Under the pieces are notes generated by a model that was given only the letters and a program-made list of their open reading frames with translations, ran no database searches and was not told where the DNA came from. A stretch of DNA of 64,000 nt. Source: Acetatifactor sp. (lineage in GTDB: Bacteria > Bacillota > Clostridia > Lachnospirales > Lachnospiraceae). Both the position numbers and the translations under genes were made by a program. Numbering within the stretch: position 1 is the first letter of the stretch; each line of letters opens with the position of its first letter. Below are positions 29,873 to 39,734 of the stretch, piece by piece. The stretch covers positions 27,183 through 91,182 of the forward strand of contig JAEDDX010000002.1 of assembly GCA_016293615.1 (NCBI GenBank). The letters are read 5' to 3'.

Positions 29873-30111
29873 GAACGCCACCTTTTAACTTATTGTTTTA
29901 AGTTTATTTTAACTATTTTTAATTTCTTATACTATTGACAAATGAAACAAATATTTCTTTTTCTTTTATCCAATCCTACTTAAATTAAGCAATGCACTAA
30001 GGTCTGCGTGTCCGACAAAGACCTTAAGAGTGTCATGTGGAATTTGCCCAGACAGGCCCTGTGCGTCTGCACCCGTACAGAAAGGCCTCAGGCAGGCGGC
30101 CGCAAGCACAC

Positions 30112-30146
30112 AAAAAGGCCGAAATCCGAACGATTTCGACCTTTTT
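30112..30146. terminator. Terminator hairpin downstream of the GlmU-like gene
   Basis: AAAAAGGcCGAAATC-N5-GATTTCGaCCTTTTT. Confidence 0.7.
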
Positions 30147-30190
30147 GATGCCTATGTCACTGTAACTTTCCTGCAGCCTGAGATACTTTA

Positions 30191-30856
30191 TCAATGTTTT
30201 TGGGCAATCTCAGTCCTTTTCTTATAGATGGAGTCGGAAGGAATCACGCCGCGTACCATTGATGTGGGATATATGTTGGAATTTCTGCCGATCACGGTAC
30301 CCGGATTCAGAACGCTGTTGCAGCCGATCTCTACGAAATCACCCAACATAGCGCCCATTTTCTTCAGACCCGTTTCCAAATGGATCCCCTCTCCCTTCAC
30401 CGTTACAAGGGTTTTGTCACTCTTCACATTGGATGTGATGGAACCGGCGCCCATATGCGAGCGATATCCGAGGATACTGTCTCCGACATAATTATAGTGC
30501 GGTACCTGAACCTTGTTAAACAATACTACATTTTTTAACTCCGTAGAGTTTCCGACAACAGCACCCTTTCCTACGATGGCATTGCCTCTGATAAAGGCGC
30601 AATGTCGAATCTCAGCCTCTTCATCAACAATCAACGGGCCGTTTAAGCAGGCAGTAGGCGCAACGACAGCACTTCTCGCCACCCAGATATCATCCCCTCT
30701 TTTCTCAAAACGCTCTGCCGGAAGGGTGTTTCCGAGTGCAACGATAAAGTCGTGAATTTTCGGAAGCGCCTCCCATGGATATGTCAGACCGTGAAATAAA
30801 TCAGAAGCGATGGTCTGTTCCAAATCATACAGATCACAAATCTTAGCGGAAATCAT
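30191..30856 (-). CDS. Hexapeptide-repeat acetyltransferase (GlmU C-terminal-like)
   Basis: Left-handed beta-helix repeats; PHYNYVGDSILG, GAGSITSN, IGCNSVLNPG. Confidence 0.8.
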   Translation of the reverse strand: MISAKICDLYDLEQTIASDLFHGLTYPWEALPKIHDFIVALGNTLPAERFEKRGDDIWVARSAVVAPTACLNGPLIVDEEAEIRHCAFIRGNAIVGKGAVVGNSTELKNVVLFNKVQVPHYNYVGDSILGYRSHMGAGSITSNVKSDKTLVTVKGEGIHLETGLKKMGAMLGDFVEIGCNSVLNPGTVIGRNSNIYPTSMVRGVIPSDSIYKKRTEIAQKH

Positions 30857-30901
30857 AGGTTTTCCCTCTCTTTCAATAGTTTACCGTTTCCACACTCAAA
30901 A

Positions 30902-33900
30902 TCAGTTTGGCGGAAACTCGAAGATTATGTTATAGTTTTCGTCAAACTTCAGAGCAGCCTGAAACGAAGAGCCGCTCTTAGACTGAAAGCCTGAAATCAC
31001 ATCGGTATGTTTTGTCCGGATCAATTTCAAAAATTGTTCCTCAGACAACTCGACGCCGGCGATTTTACCGACATAAAACTTACATCCCGAATCATCCCTG
31101 GTATGGTTCGAACAGCGGTATCCGAAACGTCCTTTGATGATGTTTCCCTGACATATCGGGCACTGACAACTCATCTCCTTGTCTTCGTTTTCAAATACGA
31201 ATTTGCACCCGGTGACATTGCCGTTCTCGTCCTTGTTCAGCGCAATCTTTGCTTCAAACACGGAACCGCTCTTAGATTTAAAACCGCTGATTTTCGAAGT
31301 AATGCCGTTTTGCAGCAGCTCCTGTACCTGTGAATCATTTAATTTTACGGATGCAAAAGAGCCAAGATTGAAACGACAGTTCTGTTTACTGTCTTCTTTG
31401 CTGTAATTCTTGCAGCCATACCCGAAGGAAGTCTTCACAATCTCACCGCCGCAGATCGGACAGACGACGCCCTTCACTGTCTTCGCTTCCACATTCTCAA
31501 AGTCAAAGACAATACGCGTTTTGTTTTCTTCGTTTTTTTGAAGCTTTAGGCAGGCGTCGAATTTTTTACCGTTCTTGCTCTTGAATCCACGGATCGTCTT
31601 CGTGGTTCCGGTGTTGAGGAGCTCGATTACCTGCGCAGCCGGTATGATTTTCTTTGAGATCTCTCCGATGAAGAATTTGCAGGATTGCGGATCGTCAGCA
31701 TTGTATTTTTCGCAGCCGAACCCGACCGTCTTCTTATAGATGCGTCCTCCGCAATCAGGACAGACAACGCCTTCCAAAAATTCCGGCTCCACTCCGGAAA
31801 AATCAAACTCTATCGAATACTGTCCGTTCTCAGACTGCTTGAATACCAATACAGCGTTGAACGGCTTCTTGCTCTTGGATTTAAAACCGGACAAGACCGG
31901 AGTTTTTCCGTTTTGGATCAGCTCGGTAAACTCTTGTATCGATAGGTGCTTTCCGGCTATCTCACCCACTGAAAAACTACAGGGCTTTTCGGGATTTCTC
32001 TTATTGGCGCACATATATCCGTAAGAGGTGATCTCGATCTCTCCCTGACAGACAGGACACCTGATACCTTCCAGAATCTCAGGCTTTACTTCTGAAAAAT
32101 CGAAAAATACTTTGTGCAGATTGTCGTCTCCTTTTCGCAATACCAAAGAAGCCTTGAACTTTTTCTTGTTCTTACCGACGAAATCTCCGAGTACCTTCGT
32201 CCTGCCCTTTGTAATCAATTCCGTAAAGTCTTCCTCACTAAGCGTATATCCGGCAATCATACCAACCGAGAATTTGCAGTTCTTCTCTTGGTCAAAGTAA
32301 TTGCTGCATCCGTAGCCAAAGGAGGTTGTGGTTAATTCTCCGCCGCAATCGGGACAGGGAATGCCGAGAGGCTTTCTGGTTGCCATGCCCTTGGATCCTT
32401 TTCCCGTAAAGGGATAGATACGACCTGCAATTTGACCGGACAGATCGCTTTGTATCATTTTCGTCGTTTCTCTTCGGATGTAGTCCTCCAGTTTCTTCCG
32501 ATAGACGACATCATCCACAGTGCCGTTGATGATCCCCTCCAGTCCTTTTTCCCAGGAAGCGGTCATCTCGGGGTTTAACAGAGAAGGCACCGACAGACTG
32601 ACGACCTCATAGATCATTTCACCGAGTTTTTCAGGCGTAATGATCTGGGTCTTACTGTTTTGATTCAGATATTTGATCCTGACAAGTTTTTCGAGGATTT
32701 CACCTCTGGTCGCCGACGTTCCGATGCCGGTGTTCTTGATCTGTTCTCTCAGTTCCTCATCTTCTATCAGATTTCCGGCATTTTCCATCGCAAGAATCAG
32801 TGTTCCTGAAGTATATCTCTTGGGCGGCGAAGTTTTGCCTTCCTTGATCTCATAGTCGTTTACCGAAATGACACTTCCCTTGGAAATGCTGTTGGTAAGT
32901 CTGATCAGGTCCTCTTTGGAACAGGAGGCGTTGTCGCCGTTACCATCACCATGATTATCTGCATTGCCGGCTCTTCCGACAACCTCCAGATACCCTTTTG
33001 CCTGTAAAATCTTCGCATTTGCGAAGAAATTCTCAGTATCGATTTTTACATGAATCTTGACAACCAGATACTCTGCAGGAGGATAAAAGATGGACAAAAA
33101 TCTTCTGACGATCAGGTCATACACACTTCTGTGCAGCTGATCAAAGGTTTCAATTCCGTTCGTATATCCTGTCGGTATAATGGCATAGTGGTCGGTTACC
33201 TTGGAATCGTCGGTATAGCTTGATTTCTCGATTCCGTAATACTTTTTATTGTTGAGAATCTCCTGTACGAACCCGGAAACAGGACTGTATTTTGCAAGAC
33301 CGCTGATGTTCTTACGGATTTCCTTCGCGATTGCGGTCGTCAACACCCTGGCATCCGTTCGGGGATAGGTCGTCAGCTTTTTCTCATATAGATCCTGCAC
33401 GATCTGCAGGGTGTCGCTGGGACTGATTTTGAACAGCCTGGAGCACTCAGCCTGCAACTCCGCCAGGTTGAACAACAAAGGAGCCTTCTTTTTCGAAACT
33501 GTTTTCTCGACATTCTCTACGATTGCTTCTTTGCCGGTCAGTTGCTCTATGAGTTGTTCGGCATCCTCCCGCTTCTTAAAACCGTTTTCTTTATATAATT
33601 TAGGCGAATTAAAATAACCGGACCCTTCAATCGCCTTCCATTCTGCCTCAAATTTTACATCGGAAAAATTACCGATCACTCTGTAGAACGGTGTTTCGAC
33701 AAAATTTCTGATTTCTCTTTCCCTGTCAACCACCATGCCGAGAACGCAGGTCATGACTCTTCCGATTGCGATTGCGGTATAGTTTGCCGTCGCCGCCGCA
33801 TCGTTGATCATCCGGCCGTATTTGACAGACAACGCCCTGGAAAAATTGATGCCGAGACTGTAGTCCTCAATGGTTCTCATGATTCCGGATCTGCCCAGTC

Positions 33901-34369
33901 TCGCGTAATCAGACATGGGTCTGGCTTCCCGGATTCCGCGCAGGATCTCATCATCTGTCTGCGAGTCGATCCAGACACGAAGCTCCTGCATGCCCTCTCT
34001 CACACCACCGTAATTTCTGATGTTCTCCTCGATGGTCTGACCTTCTTTTCCGGAGTCTCCTGCCCATAGAACAGTGTCGATATCCTCTCTGTAAAGTAAT
34101 TGATGAATGACTGCGTATTGTTCCTTGGAAGACTCGATGACACCGTATTGATAGGTTTCCGGAAGAAAAGGAAGGTCCTCCAGCTTCCACATTTTATACT
34201 TGATATCATATACTTCCGGATAAACCATCTCTACAAGATGACCGAAGCACCAGGAAATTACATATTCGTCGTTCTCGATGTATCCGTTTCTTTTCCCGTT
34301 GACATTCAGCACTCGCGCAAAATCTCTGGCAACAGACGGTTTCTCCGTGATAATTAATTTCTTGCTCAA
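30902..34369 (-). CDS. topB: DNA topoisomerase III (type IA) with five C-terminal Zn-ribbon repeats
   Basis: LIITEKPSVA, GHL, IGRVMT, catalytic TYPRTD, DHYAIIPT, GIGTSATR; probable TTG start 34369. Confidence 0.88.
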   Translation of the reverse strand: MSKKLIITEKPSVARDFARVLNVNGKRNGYIENDEYVISWCFGHLVEMVYPEVYDIKYKMWKLEDLPFLPETYQYGVIESSKEQYAVIHQLLYREDIDTVLWAGDSGKEGQTIEENIRNYGGVREGMQELRVWIDSQTDDEILRGIREARPMSDYARLGRSGIMRTIEDYSLGINFSRALSVKYGRMINDAAATANYTAIAIGRVMTCVLGMVVDREREIRNFVETPFYRVIGNFSDVKFEAEWKAIEGSGYFNSPKLYKENGFKKREDAEQLIEQLTGKEAIVENVEKTVSKKKAPLLFNLAELQAECSRLFKISPSDTLQIVQDLYEKKLTTYPRTDARVLTTAIAKEIRKNISGLAKYSPVSGFVQEILNNKKYYGIEKSSYTDDSKVTDHYAIIPTGYTNGIETFDQLHRSVYDLIVRRFLSIFYPPAEYLVVKIHVKIDTENFFANAKILQAKGYLEVVGRAGNADNHGDGNGDNASCSKEDLIRLTNSISKGSVISVNDYEIKEGKTSPPKRYTSGTLILAMENAGNLIEDEELREQIKNTGIGTSATRGEILEKLVRIKYLNQNSKTQIITPEKLGEMIYEVVSLSVPSLLNPEMTASWEKGLEGIINGTVDDVVYRKKLEDYIRRETTKMIQSDLSGQIAGRIYPFTGKGSKGMATRKPLGIPCPDCGGELTTTSFGYGCSNYFDQEKNCKFSVGMIAGYTLSEEDFTELITKGRTKVLGDFVGKNKKKFKASLVLRKGDDNLHKVFFDFSEVKPEILEGIRCPVCQGEIEITSYGYMCANKRNPEKPCSFSVGEIAGKHLSIQEFTELIQNGKTPVLSGFKSKSKKPFNAVLVFKQSENGQYSIEFDFSGVEPEFLEGVVCPDCGGRIYKKTVGFGCEKYNADDPQSCKFFIGEISKKIIPAAQVIELLNTGTTKTIRGFKSKNGKKFDACLKLQKNEENKTRIVFDFENVEAKTVKGVVCPICGGEIVKTSFGYGCKNYSKEDSKQNCRFNLGSFASVKLNDSQVQELLQNGITSKISGFKSKSGSVFEAKIALNKDENGNVTGCKFVFENEDKEMSCQCPICQGNIIKGRFGYRCSNHTRDDSGCKFYVGKIAGVELSEEQFLKLIRTKHTDVISGFQSKSGSSFQAALKFDENYNIIFEFPPN

Positions 34370-34445
34370 TCCATAACCCCTTAAAAAATGCAGAAGCAAT
34401 TTGAACCACCCAAACTGCTTCTGCATGAATCTCTGACGAATGATT

Positions 34446-35537
34446 TTATTCGTTCTTAGCTGTAATGTAACCCTGTGCCTTCAGAAGCTCTGCACACAGA
34501 ACTGCACCGCCTGCAGCACCTCTTACAGTATTGTGGGAAAGACCTACAAACTTATAATCGTAAACAATATCTTCGCGAAGACGGCCCACGCTGATACCCA
34601 TACCGTTCTCATAGTTCACATCAAGGTTGATCTGAGGTCTGTTGTCCTCCTCCAGATACTGAATAAACTGCTTGGGAGCGCTGGGAAGCGCAAGCTTCTG
34701 GGGCTCGCCGGAGAAAGTGCGCAGCTTTTCGATCAGCTGTTCTTTGGTGGGTTTCTTAGCAAACTTAACAAATACGGCAGCGGTATGACCGTTTAATACG
34801 GGAACACGGATACACTGGCTGGTGATGACAGGTCCTTCTGCGGGAACAATGACGCCATCCTTGATCTCACCCCAGATTCTCAAGGGTTCCTTCTCACTCT
34901 TCTCTTCCTCCCCGCCGATGAAAGGAATGATATTTCCTACCATCTCGGGCCAATCCTTGAAGGTCTTACCTGCACCTGAAATTGCCTGATAGGTTGTCAC
35001 AACTACCTCAACGGGTTCAAATTCCTTCCAGGCTGTCAATACGGGAGCGTAGCTCTGAATGGAGCAATTGGGCTTCACTGCAACAAAGCCTCTCTTAGTG
35101 CCCAGACGCTGTCTCTGGAAGTCAATCACCTTCATGTGCTCAGGATTGATCTCCGGAACCACCATGGGAACATCGGGAGTCCAACGATGTGCGCTGTTGT
35201 TGGAAACAACGGGAGTCTCGGTCTTAGCGTAGTCCTCCTCGATCTTCTTGATCTCATCTATGGTCATGTCAACTGCACTGAATACAAAATCAACTTCAGA
35301 CGCAACCTTCTCCACCTCGTTGACATTCATGACCACAAGCTTCTTCACTGCTTCAGGCATGGGGGTATCCATTTTCCATCTGTCACCTACTGCCTCCTCG
35401 TAAGTCTTGCCTGCGGAACGGGGGCTTGCAGCCAAAGTGGTTACTTCAAACCAGGGATGGTTCTCAAGCAAAGCGATGAAACGCTGCCCGACCATACCGG
35501 TAGCACCTAAAATACCAACTTTTAATTTCTTACTCAT
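34446..35537 (-). CDS. asd: Aspartate-semialdehyde dehydrogenase
   Basis: GATGMVGQ, VPEINP, KPNCS, YQAISGAG, HNTVRGAAG. Confidence 0.95.
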   Translation of the reverse strand: MSKKLKVGILGATGMVGQRFIALLENHPWFEVTTLAASPRSAGKTYEEAVGDRWKMDTPMPEAVKKLVVMNVNEVEKVASEVDFVFSAVDMTIDEIKKIEEDYAKTETPVVSNNSAHRWTPDVPMVVPEINPEHMKVIDFQRQRLGTKRGFVAVKPNCSIQSYAPVLTAWKEFEPVEVVVTTYQAISGAGKTFKDWPEMVGNIIPFIGGEEEKSEKEPLRIWGEIKDGVIVPAEGPVITSQCIRVPVLNGHTAAVFVKFAKKPTKEQLIEKLRTFSGEPQKLALPSAPKQFIQYLEEDNRPQINLDVNYENGMGISVGRLREDIVYDYKFVGLSHNTVRGAAGGAVLCAELLKAQGYITAKNE

Positions 35538-35585
35538 AATCTTTCCTCCTCACAGTTTTCACTGTTCTATCTTTGAGAAATCAGC

Positions 35586-36971
35586 TTACGCTTCTTCCTG
35601 CAAATACTGTTTTTGAATCTCGATAACCTTCTTCATCATCTCAGGACCCGGAGCACCAAAGGTCAGGCGCTTCTCAACGCAGGTTTTTAAGGAAACCGCA
35701 TCGAAGACATCTTCTTCAAAGACATCGCTGATTTCCTTTAATTCTGTAAGGCTCAGCGCATCGATGGAAGTATTTTTGTCAATACAATAAAGGACAAGCC
35801 GGCCAATAATGCCATGGGCGTCACGGAACGGAACTCCCTTCCCCACAAGATAGTCTGCGGCGTCGGTAGCGTTGGTAAATCCGTTCATGGCACTCTCCGC
35901 CATACGGTCCTTTCTAAATTTCATGGTCTCTATCATACCTGTGAAAAGCGGCAGGCAGTTCTTGACAGTGTCAATCGCATCGAAAGCAACCTCTTTATCC
36001 TCCTGCATGTCTTTGTTGTATGCAAGGGGAAGGCCCTTCATCGTTGTAAGTAAAGACATCAATGCGCCGTACACACGACCGGTCTTGCCGCGCACCAGTT
36101 CGGCGATATCCGGATTTTTCTTCTGCGGCATGATGCTGCTTCCGGTAGAATATGCATCGTCAATCTCTACAAACCGATATTCGTTTGAGTTCCAGATGAT
36201 GATTTCTTCGCTGAAACGGCTTAAATGCATCATAATCGTGGCAAGCGCTGATAAGAACTCAATCAGATAATCTCTGTCAGAGACGGAATCGATACTGTTC
36301 ATGGTAGGACCGGCAAAGCCCATCAGCTGTGCGGAGTAATCGCGGTCGAGAGGATATGTCGTGCCCGCAAGTGCGCCTGCTCCCAAAGGACAATAGTTCA
36401 TTCTCTTATAGATATCCGTAAGACGGTCTCTGTCGCGTTTGAACATCTCAAAATAGGCACCATAGTGATGTGCCAGGGTAATCGGCTGCGCTTTCTGAAG
36501 ATGGGTGAAGCCCGGCATATAGGTCTCTAGGTTTTCCTCCATCGTATGAAGAATCGCTTCCAGAAGCTTCTTCAACAGAGCATCCACTTCCTTCACCTGT
36601 GTTCTTGTATACAGCTTCATATCCAGAGCGACCTGGTCATTGCGGCTTCTGCCGGTGTGCAGCTTCTTGCCGGGCTCTCCGATTCTGTCAATCAGGTTAG
36701 CCTCTACAAAGCTGTGTACATCCTCGTATTTATCTTCATCAATCAGAAGAATCCCTGCATCCACATCTGCCAGAATACCGTTTAAGCCTTCTATGATGCG
36801 AGCCTTTTCCGCATCTGTCAGAATACCCTGCTTTGCAAGCATGGTAACATGAGCAATGCTTCCTTCGATATCCTGATGCAGAAATCTCTTGTCGAAACCG
36901 ATTGATGCATTAAAGTGATAAACCTGCCAATCCGTTTCCTTGGTAAAGCGTCCACCCCAAAGCTGTGCCAT
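35586..36971 (-). CDS. argH: Argininosuccinate lyase
   Basis: LWGGRF, HTGRSRNDQ, GSSIMPQKKNPD, YNKDMQEDK. Confidence 0.97.
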   Translation of the reverse strand: MAQLWGGRFTKETDWQVYHFNASIGFDKRFLHQDIEGSIAHVTMLAKQGILTDAEKARIIEGLNGILADVDAGILLIDEDKYEDVHSFVEANLIDRIGEPGKKLHTGRSRNDQVALDMKLYTRTQVKEVDALLKKLLEAILHTMEENLETYMPGFTHLQKAQPITLAHHYGAYFEMFKRDRDRLTDIYKRMNYCPLGAGALAGTTYPLDRDYSAQLMGFAGPTMNSIDSVSDRDYLIEFLSALATIMMHLSRFSEEIIIWNSNEYRFVEIDDAYSTGSSIMPQKKNPDIAELVRGKTGRVYGALMSLLTTMKGLPLAYNKDMQEDKEVAFDAIDTVKNCLPLFTGMIETMKFRKDRMAESAMNGFTNATDAADYLVGKGVPFRDAHGIIGRLVLYCIDKNTSIDALSLTELKEISDVFEEDVFDAVSLKTCVEKRLTFGAPGPEMMKKVIEIQKQYLQEEA

Positions 36972-37092
36972 ACTTTTTTCTCCAATCTTTTTTATCAGTA
37001 TATTTTAGCACAAAGAAGTGTGCAATGCAAGTGATGTCACTTCTTTTTCTCAGACTCATATCCTAATAGTAAAATTCAAAAGGAAATACCTG

Positions 37093-37857
37093 ATGTCAAC
37101 GATTCTAAAAGTCGACAAAATCTCCTATTCGTATCACAGTCTGCAGGGTGAAACCAAGGCATTGCATAATATCTCTTTTGAAGTCAAGCAGGGAGAATTT
37201 ATCGCGCTGGTCGGCCCGAGCGGCTGTGGGAAATCGACTCTTCTTTCCATCATTGCCGGGCTGAACCGGCCTGATACAGGACAGATTCTGTTTCCGAATC
37301 ATCCCGGAGAGCCTGCCGTACGTGTCGGGTATATGCTTCAGAAGGATCATCTGTTTGAATGGAGAAGTATATACCGCAACGTCACACTGGGGCTTGAGCT
37401 CAATCATCAGATGACTGCGGATAAGCTCTCATATATCAACAGACTGCTCTCGGAGTACGGACTGGAAGCGTTTCGCAATAAAAAACCTTCGGAATTGTCG
37501 GGAGGCATGAAGCAGCGTGCCGCGCTGATCCGCACTCTGGCTTTAAATCCGGAGCTTCTGCTTCTGGATGAGCCGTTCTCCGCCCTGGATTATCAGACGA
37601 GGCTTGCTGTTTCAACCGATATTTGCAATCTGATCAGAAAGGCCGGAAAAACGATGATCATCGTGACGCATGATCTGTCCGAGGCCATCAGCATAGCAGA
37701 CCGCATTATCGTATTATCTCACAGACCATCCACTGTGAAGGATATGATCCGCGTTGAGTTAAGTAAGTCCGAGGATTCCGTGCTTGCGGCAAGAAATGCC
37801 CCTGAATTTAAGCACTATTTCAATCTTTTATGGGAGGATATGACCGATGAATCCTGA
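37093..37857 (+). CDS. ABC transporter ATP-binding protein (NitT/TauT type)
   Basis: GPSGCGKST, LSGGMKQR, LLLDEPFSALD, VTHD. Confidence 0.92.
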   Translation: MSTILKVDKISYSYHSLQGETKALHNISFEVKQGEFIALVGPSGCGKSTLLSIIAGLNRPDTGQILFPNHPGEPAVRVGYMLQKDHLFEWRSIYRNVTLGLELNHQMTADKLSYINRLLSEYGLEAFRNKKPSELSGGMKQRAALIRTLALNPELLLLDEPFSALDYQTRLAVSTDICNLIRKAGKTMIIVTHDLSEAISIADRIIVLSHRPSTVKDMIRVELSKSEDSVLAARNAPEFKHYFNLLWEDMTDES

Positions 37858-38653
37858 AAGACACGCCCCTGTGACGCAGGAAGAATTCGTAAAATCTCAC
37901 AAAAGACATCATCATATGACAGCGCTGCTTCGTATCAGCGTCCTGATGCTGTTTCTGTTCTATTGGGAGATCGGCGCAAGACTGTCCTGGTTTGACACCT
38001 TCTTTTTCTCGAGCCCTTCAGGAGTTGTGAACTGCGGGCTGGAACTGCTTCGGCAAAATAATCTGCTCATGCATGTCGGTATCACACTGCTTGAGACCGT
38101 AATAAGCTTTGTACTGGTAACCGTTTTCAGTCTTCTCGTTGCAACCATACTCTGGTATCTTCCAAGAACGGCTGAGATCACTGAGCCATACCTCGTGATT
38201 CTCAACAGTCTGCCAAAGTCTGCCCTTGCACCGTTATTTATCGTCTGGTTCGGAACGAACATGAGAACAATCGTCATAGCAGGTATCTCAGTGGCAGTTT
38301 TTGGCTCAATCATCACTTTTTACACAGCCTTTCGTCAGGCTGATCCTGAGAAATGCATCCTGATTACGACTCTCGGCGGCAAAAAAATCGACATCTTTAC
38401 CAAAGTGATTCTGCCGGGTTCGGCGCCGATTCTCTTAAGCACCTCAAAGGTGAATATCGGACTCGCGCTGGTCGGTGTGATCATCGGCGAATTCCTGTCG
38501 GCGCGCAGGGGACTTGGCTATCTGATCATCTATGGTTCACAGGTCTTCAGACTGGATATGGTGATCACCGGTATCCTTATTCTCTGTATCATTGCGCTAT
38601 GTTTTTATCAGTCCCTTCAGACACTGGAGCACATGCTGAAAAAGAAAACTTAG
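37847..38653 (+). CDS. ABC transporter permease (NitT/TauT type)
   Basis: SSPS, NSLPKSALAPL, GVIIGEF...GLGYLI; overlaps the ATPase gene. Confidence 0.9.
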   Translation: MNPERHAPVTQEEFVKSHKRHHHMTALLRISVLMLFLFYWEIGARLSWFDTFFFSSPSGVVNCGLELLRQNNLLMHVGITLLETVISFVLVTVFSLLVATILWYLPRTAEITEPYLVILNSLPKSALAPLFIVWFGTNMRTIVIAGISVAVFGSIITFYTAFRQADPEKCILITTLGGKKIDIFTKVILPGSAPILLSTSKVNIGLALVGVIIGEFLSARRGLGYLIIYGSQVFRLDMVITGILILCIIALCFYQSLQTLEHMLKKKT

Positions 38654-38656
38654 ACG

Positions 38657-38691
38657 AAAAAAGCCTGCAAACATAGCGTTTACAGGCTTTT
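38657..38691. terminator. Bidirectional terminator between ABC permease and tRNA
   Basis: AAAAAAGCCTGcAAAC-N5-GTTTaCAGGCTTTT. Confidence 0.75.
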
Positions 38692-38694
38692 CCA

Positions 38695-38767
38695 AGCTGA
38701 AAATGAGACTCGAACTCACGACCCCTTCATTACGAGTGAAGTGCTCTACCGACTGAGCTATTTCAGC
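38695..38767 (-). tRNA. tRNA-Thr (anticodon CGT)
   Basis: GCTGAAATAGCTCAGTCGGTAGAGCACTTCACTCGTAATGAAGGGGTCGTGAGTTCGAGTCTCATTTTCAGCT folds as a cloverleaf; CCA not encoded. Confidence 0.96.
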
Positions 38768-38874
38768 AACTTGGTTTGTTGCAACACAACCAAGTGATAT
38801 TATAAAGGGTATCGCAGAAATTTTCAACTATTATTTTTGTTTTTTAGAAATCGCAGTTTTTGTGGAAAGCCGCA

Positions 38875-39729
38875 TCATTCTTTCGGCTGGTCGAAATGTA
38901 CATCCAGCTGAGGGAACGGTATCTGAACGCCGGCTTCATCCAGAGCAAGCTTGCAGTTCTCGATCACGCGGAATCTTGCTGTCCAGTAATCGTCTGTTTT
39001 TACCCAGAAACGAACAAAGACATTGACAGCGGATTCGCCAAGTTCATTCACATAGATGAGCATCTCCTTATCCTTGAGCACTGCTTCATCCTTCTTGATG
39101 ACATCCATCAAAATATCCTTGGCAAGCTTAATATCGGAGCCATAGGATATGCTGACAGGAAGATCCAGTCTTCTTGTTGCCTGTGCCGTAACATTGGTAA
39201 TACAGTTGTTTGCAAGCGCACCGTTGGGAAGGATGATCGTCTTGTTATCTACGGTCAGCAGCTTGGTAAAGAAAATCTGGATCTCGGTTACCACGCCTTC
39301 TTTTCCTGTGCCGTCAACAATGTAGTCACCTACTTTGAAAGGCTTCAAAACCATGATCAGCACTCCGCCGGCAAGGTTGGACAGACTGCCCTGCAAAGCG
39401 AGACCAAACGCCAGACCGGCTGAACCTAAGATTGCAATGATACTCGCGGCGTCCACACCAAACGAAGATGCAAGTACCAGAATGAGCAAAATATAGAGAG
39501 CTGCCTTTACAAAAGAACTCATGAACTGGATGGCGCCCGTTTCTACCTTGGCGCGCTCCATGGATTTATTCATGATCTTTAATACCAGTTTGATCAATTG
39601 TGTGCCGATGAAGAAGAACACAATTGCAAGAAGGACACGAATGCCCAGGTGAAGCGCCTTATCGGGAAGCTCTTCTATGAATTTCTCAATCGCTGAGATT
39701 GATGCTGTAGATGAAAGGAATGTATTCAT
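38875..39729 (-). CDS. mscS: Small-conductance mechanosensitive channel
   Basis: GLALQGSLSNLAGG, KPFKVGD, IPFPQLDVH. Confidence 0.9.
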   Translation of the reverse strand: MNTFLSSTASISAIEKFIEELPDKALHLGIRVLLAIVFFFIGTQLIKLVLKIMNKSMERAKVETGAIQFMSSFVKAALYILLILVLASSFGVDAASIIAILGSAGLAFGLALQGSLSNLAGGVLIMVLKPFKVGDYIVDGTGKEGVVTEIQIFFTKLLTVDNKTIILPNGALANNCITNVTAQATRRLDLPVSISYGSDIKLAKDILMDVIKKDEAVLKDKEMLIYVNELGESAVNVFVRFWVKTDDYWTARFRVIENCKLALDEAGVQIPFPQLDVHFDQPKE

Positions 39730-39734
39730 TATTT

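Noticed and set aside
30902..34369. topB as a marker of a conjugative element
   Set aside because: Flanked by asd, argH and a GlmU-like gene, with no relaxase, T4SS or integrase and no obvious GC shift.
38695..38767. tRNA-Thr as an island integration site
   Set aside because: No integrase and no duplicated tRNA 3' end seen; the flanks are ordinary genes.
38597..38827. 76-aa minus-strand ORF
   Set aside because: It spans the tRNA-Thr gene and the terminator.
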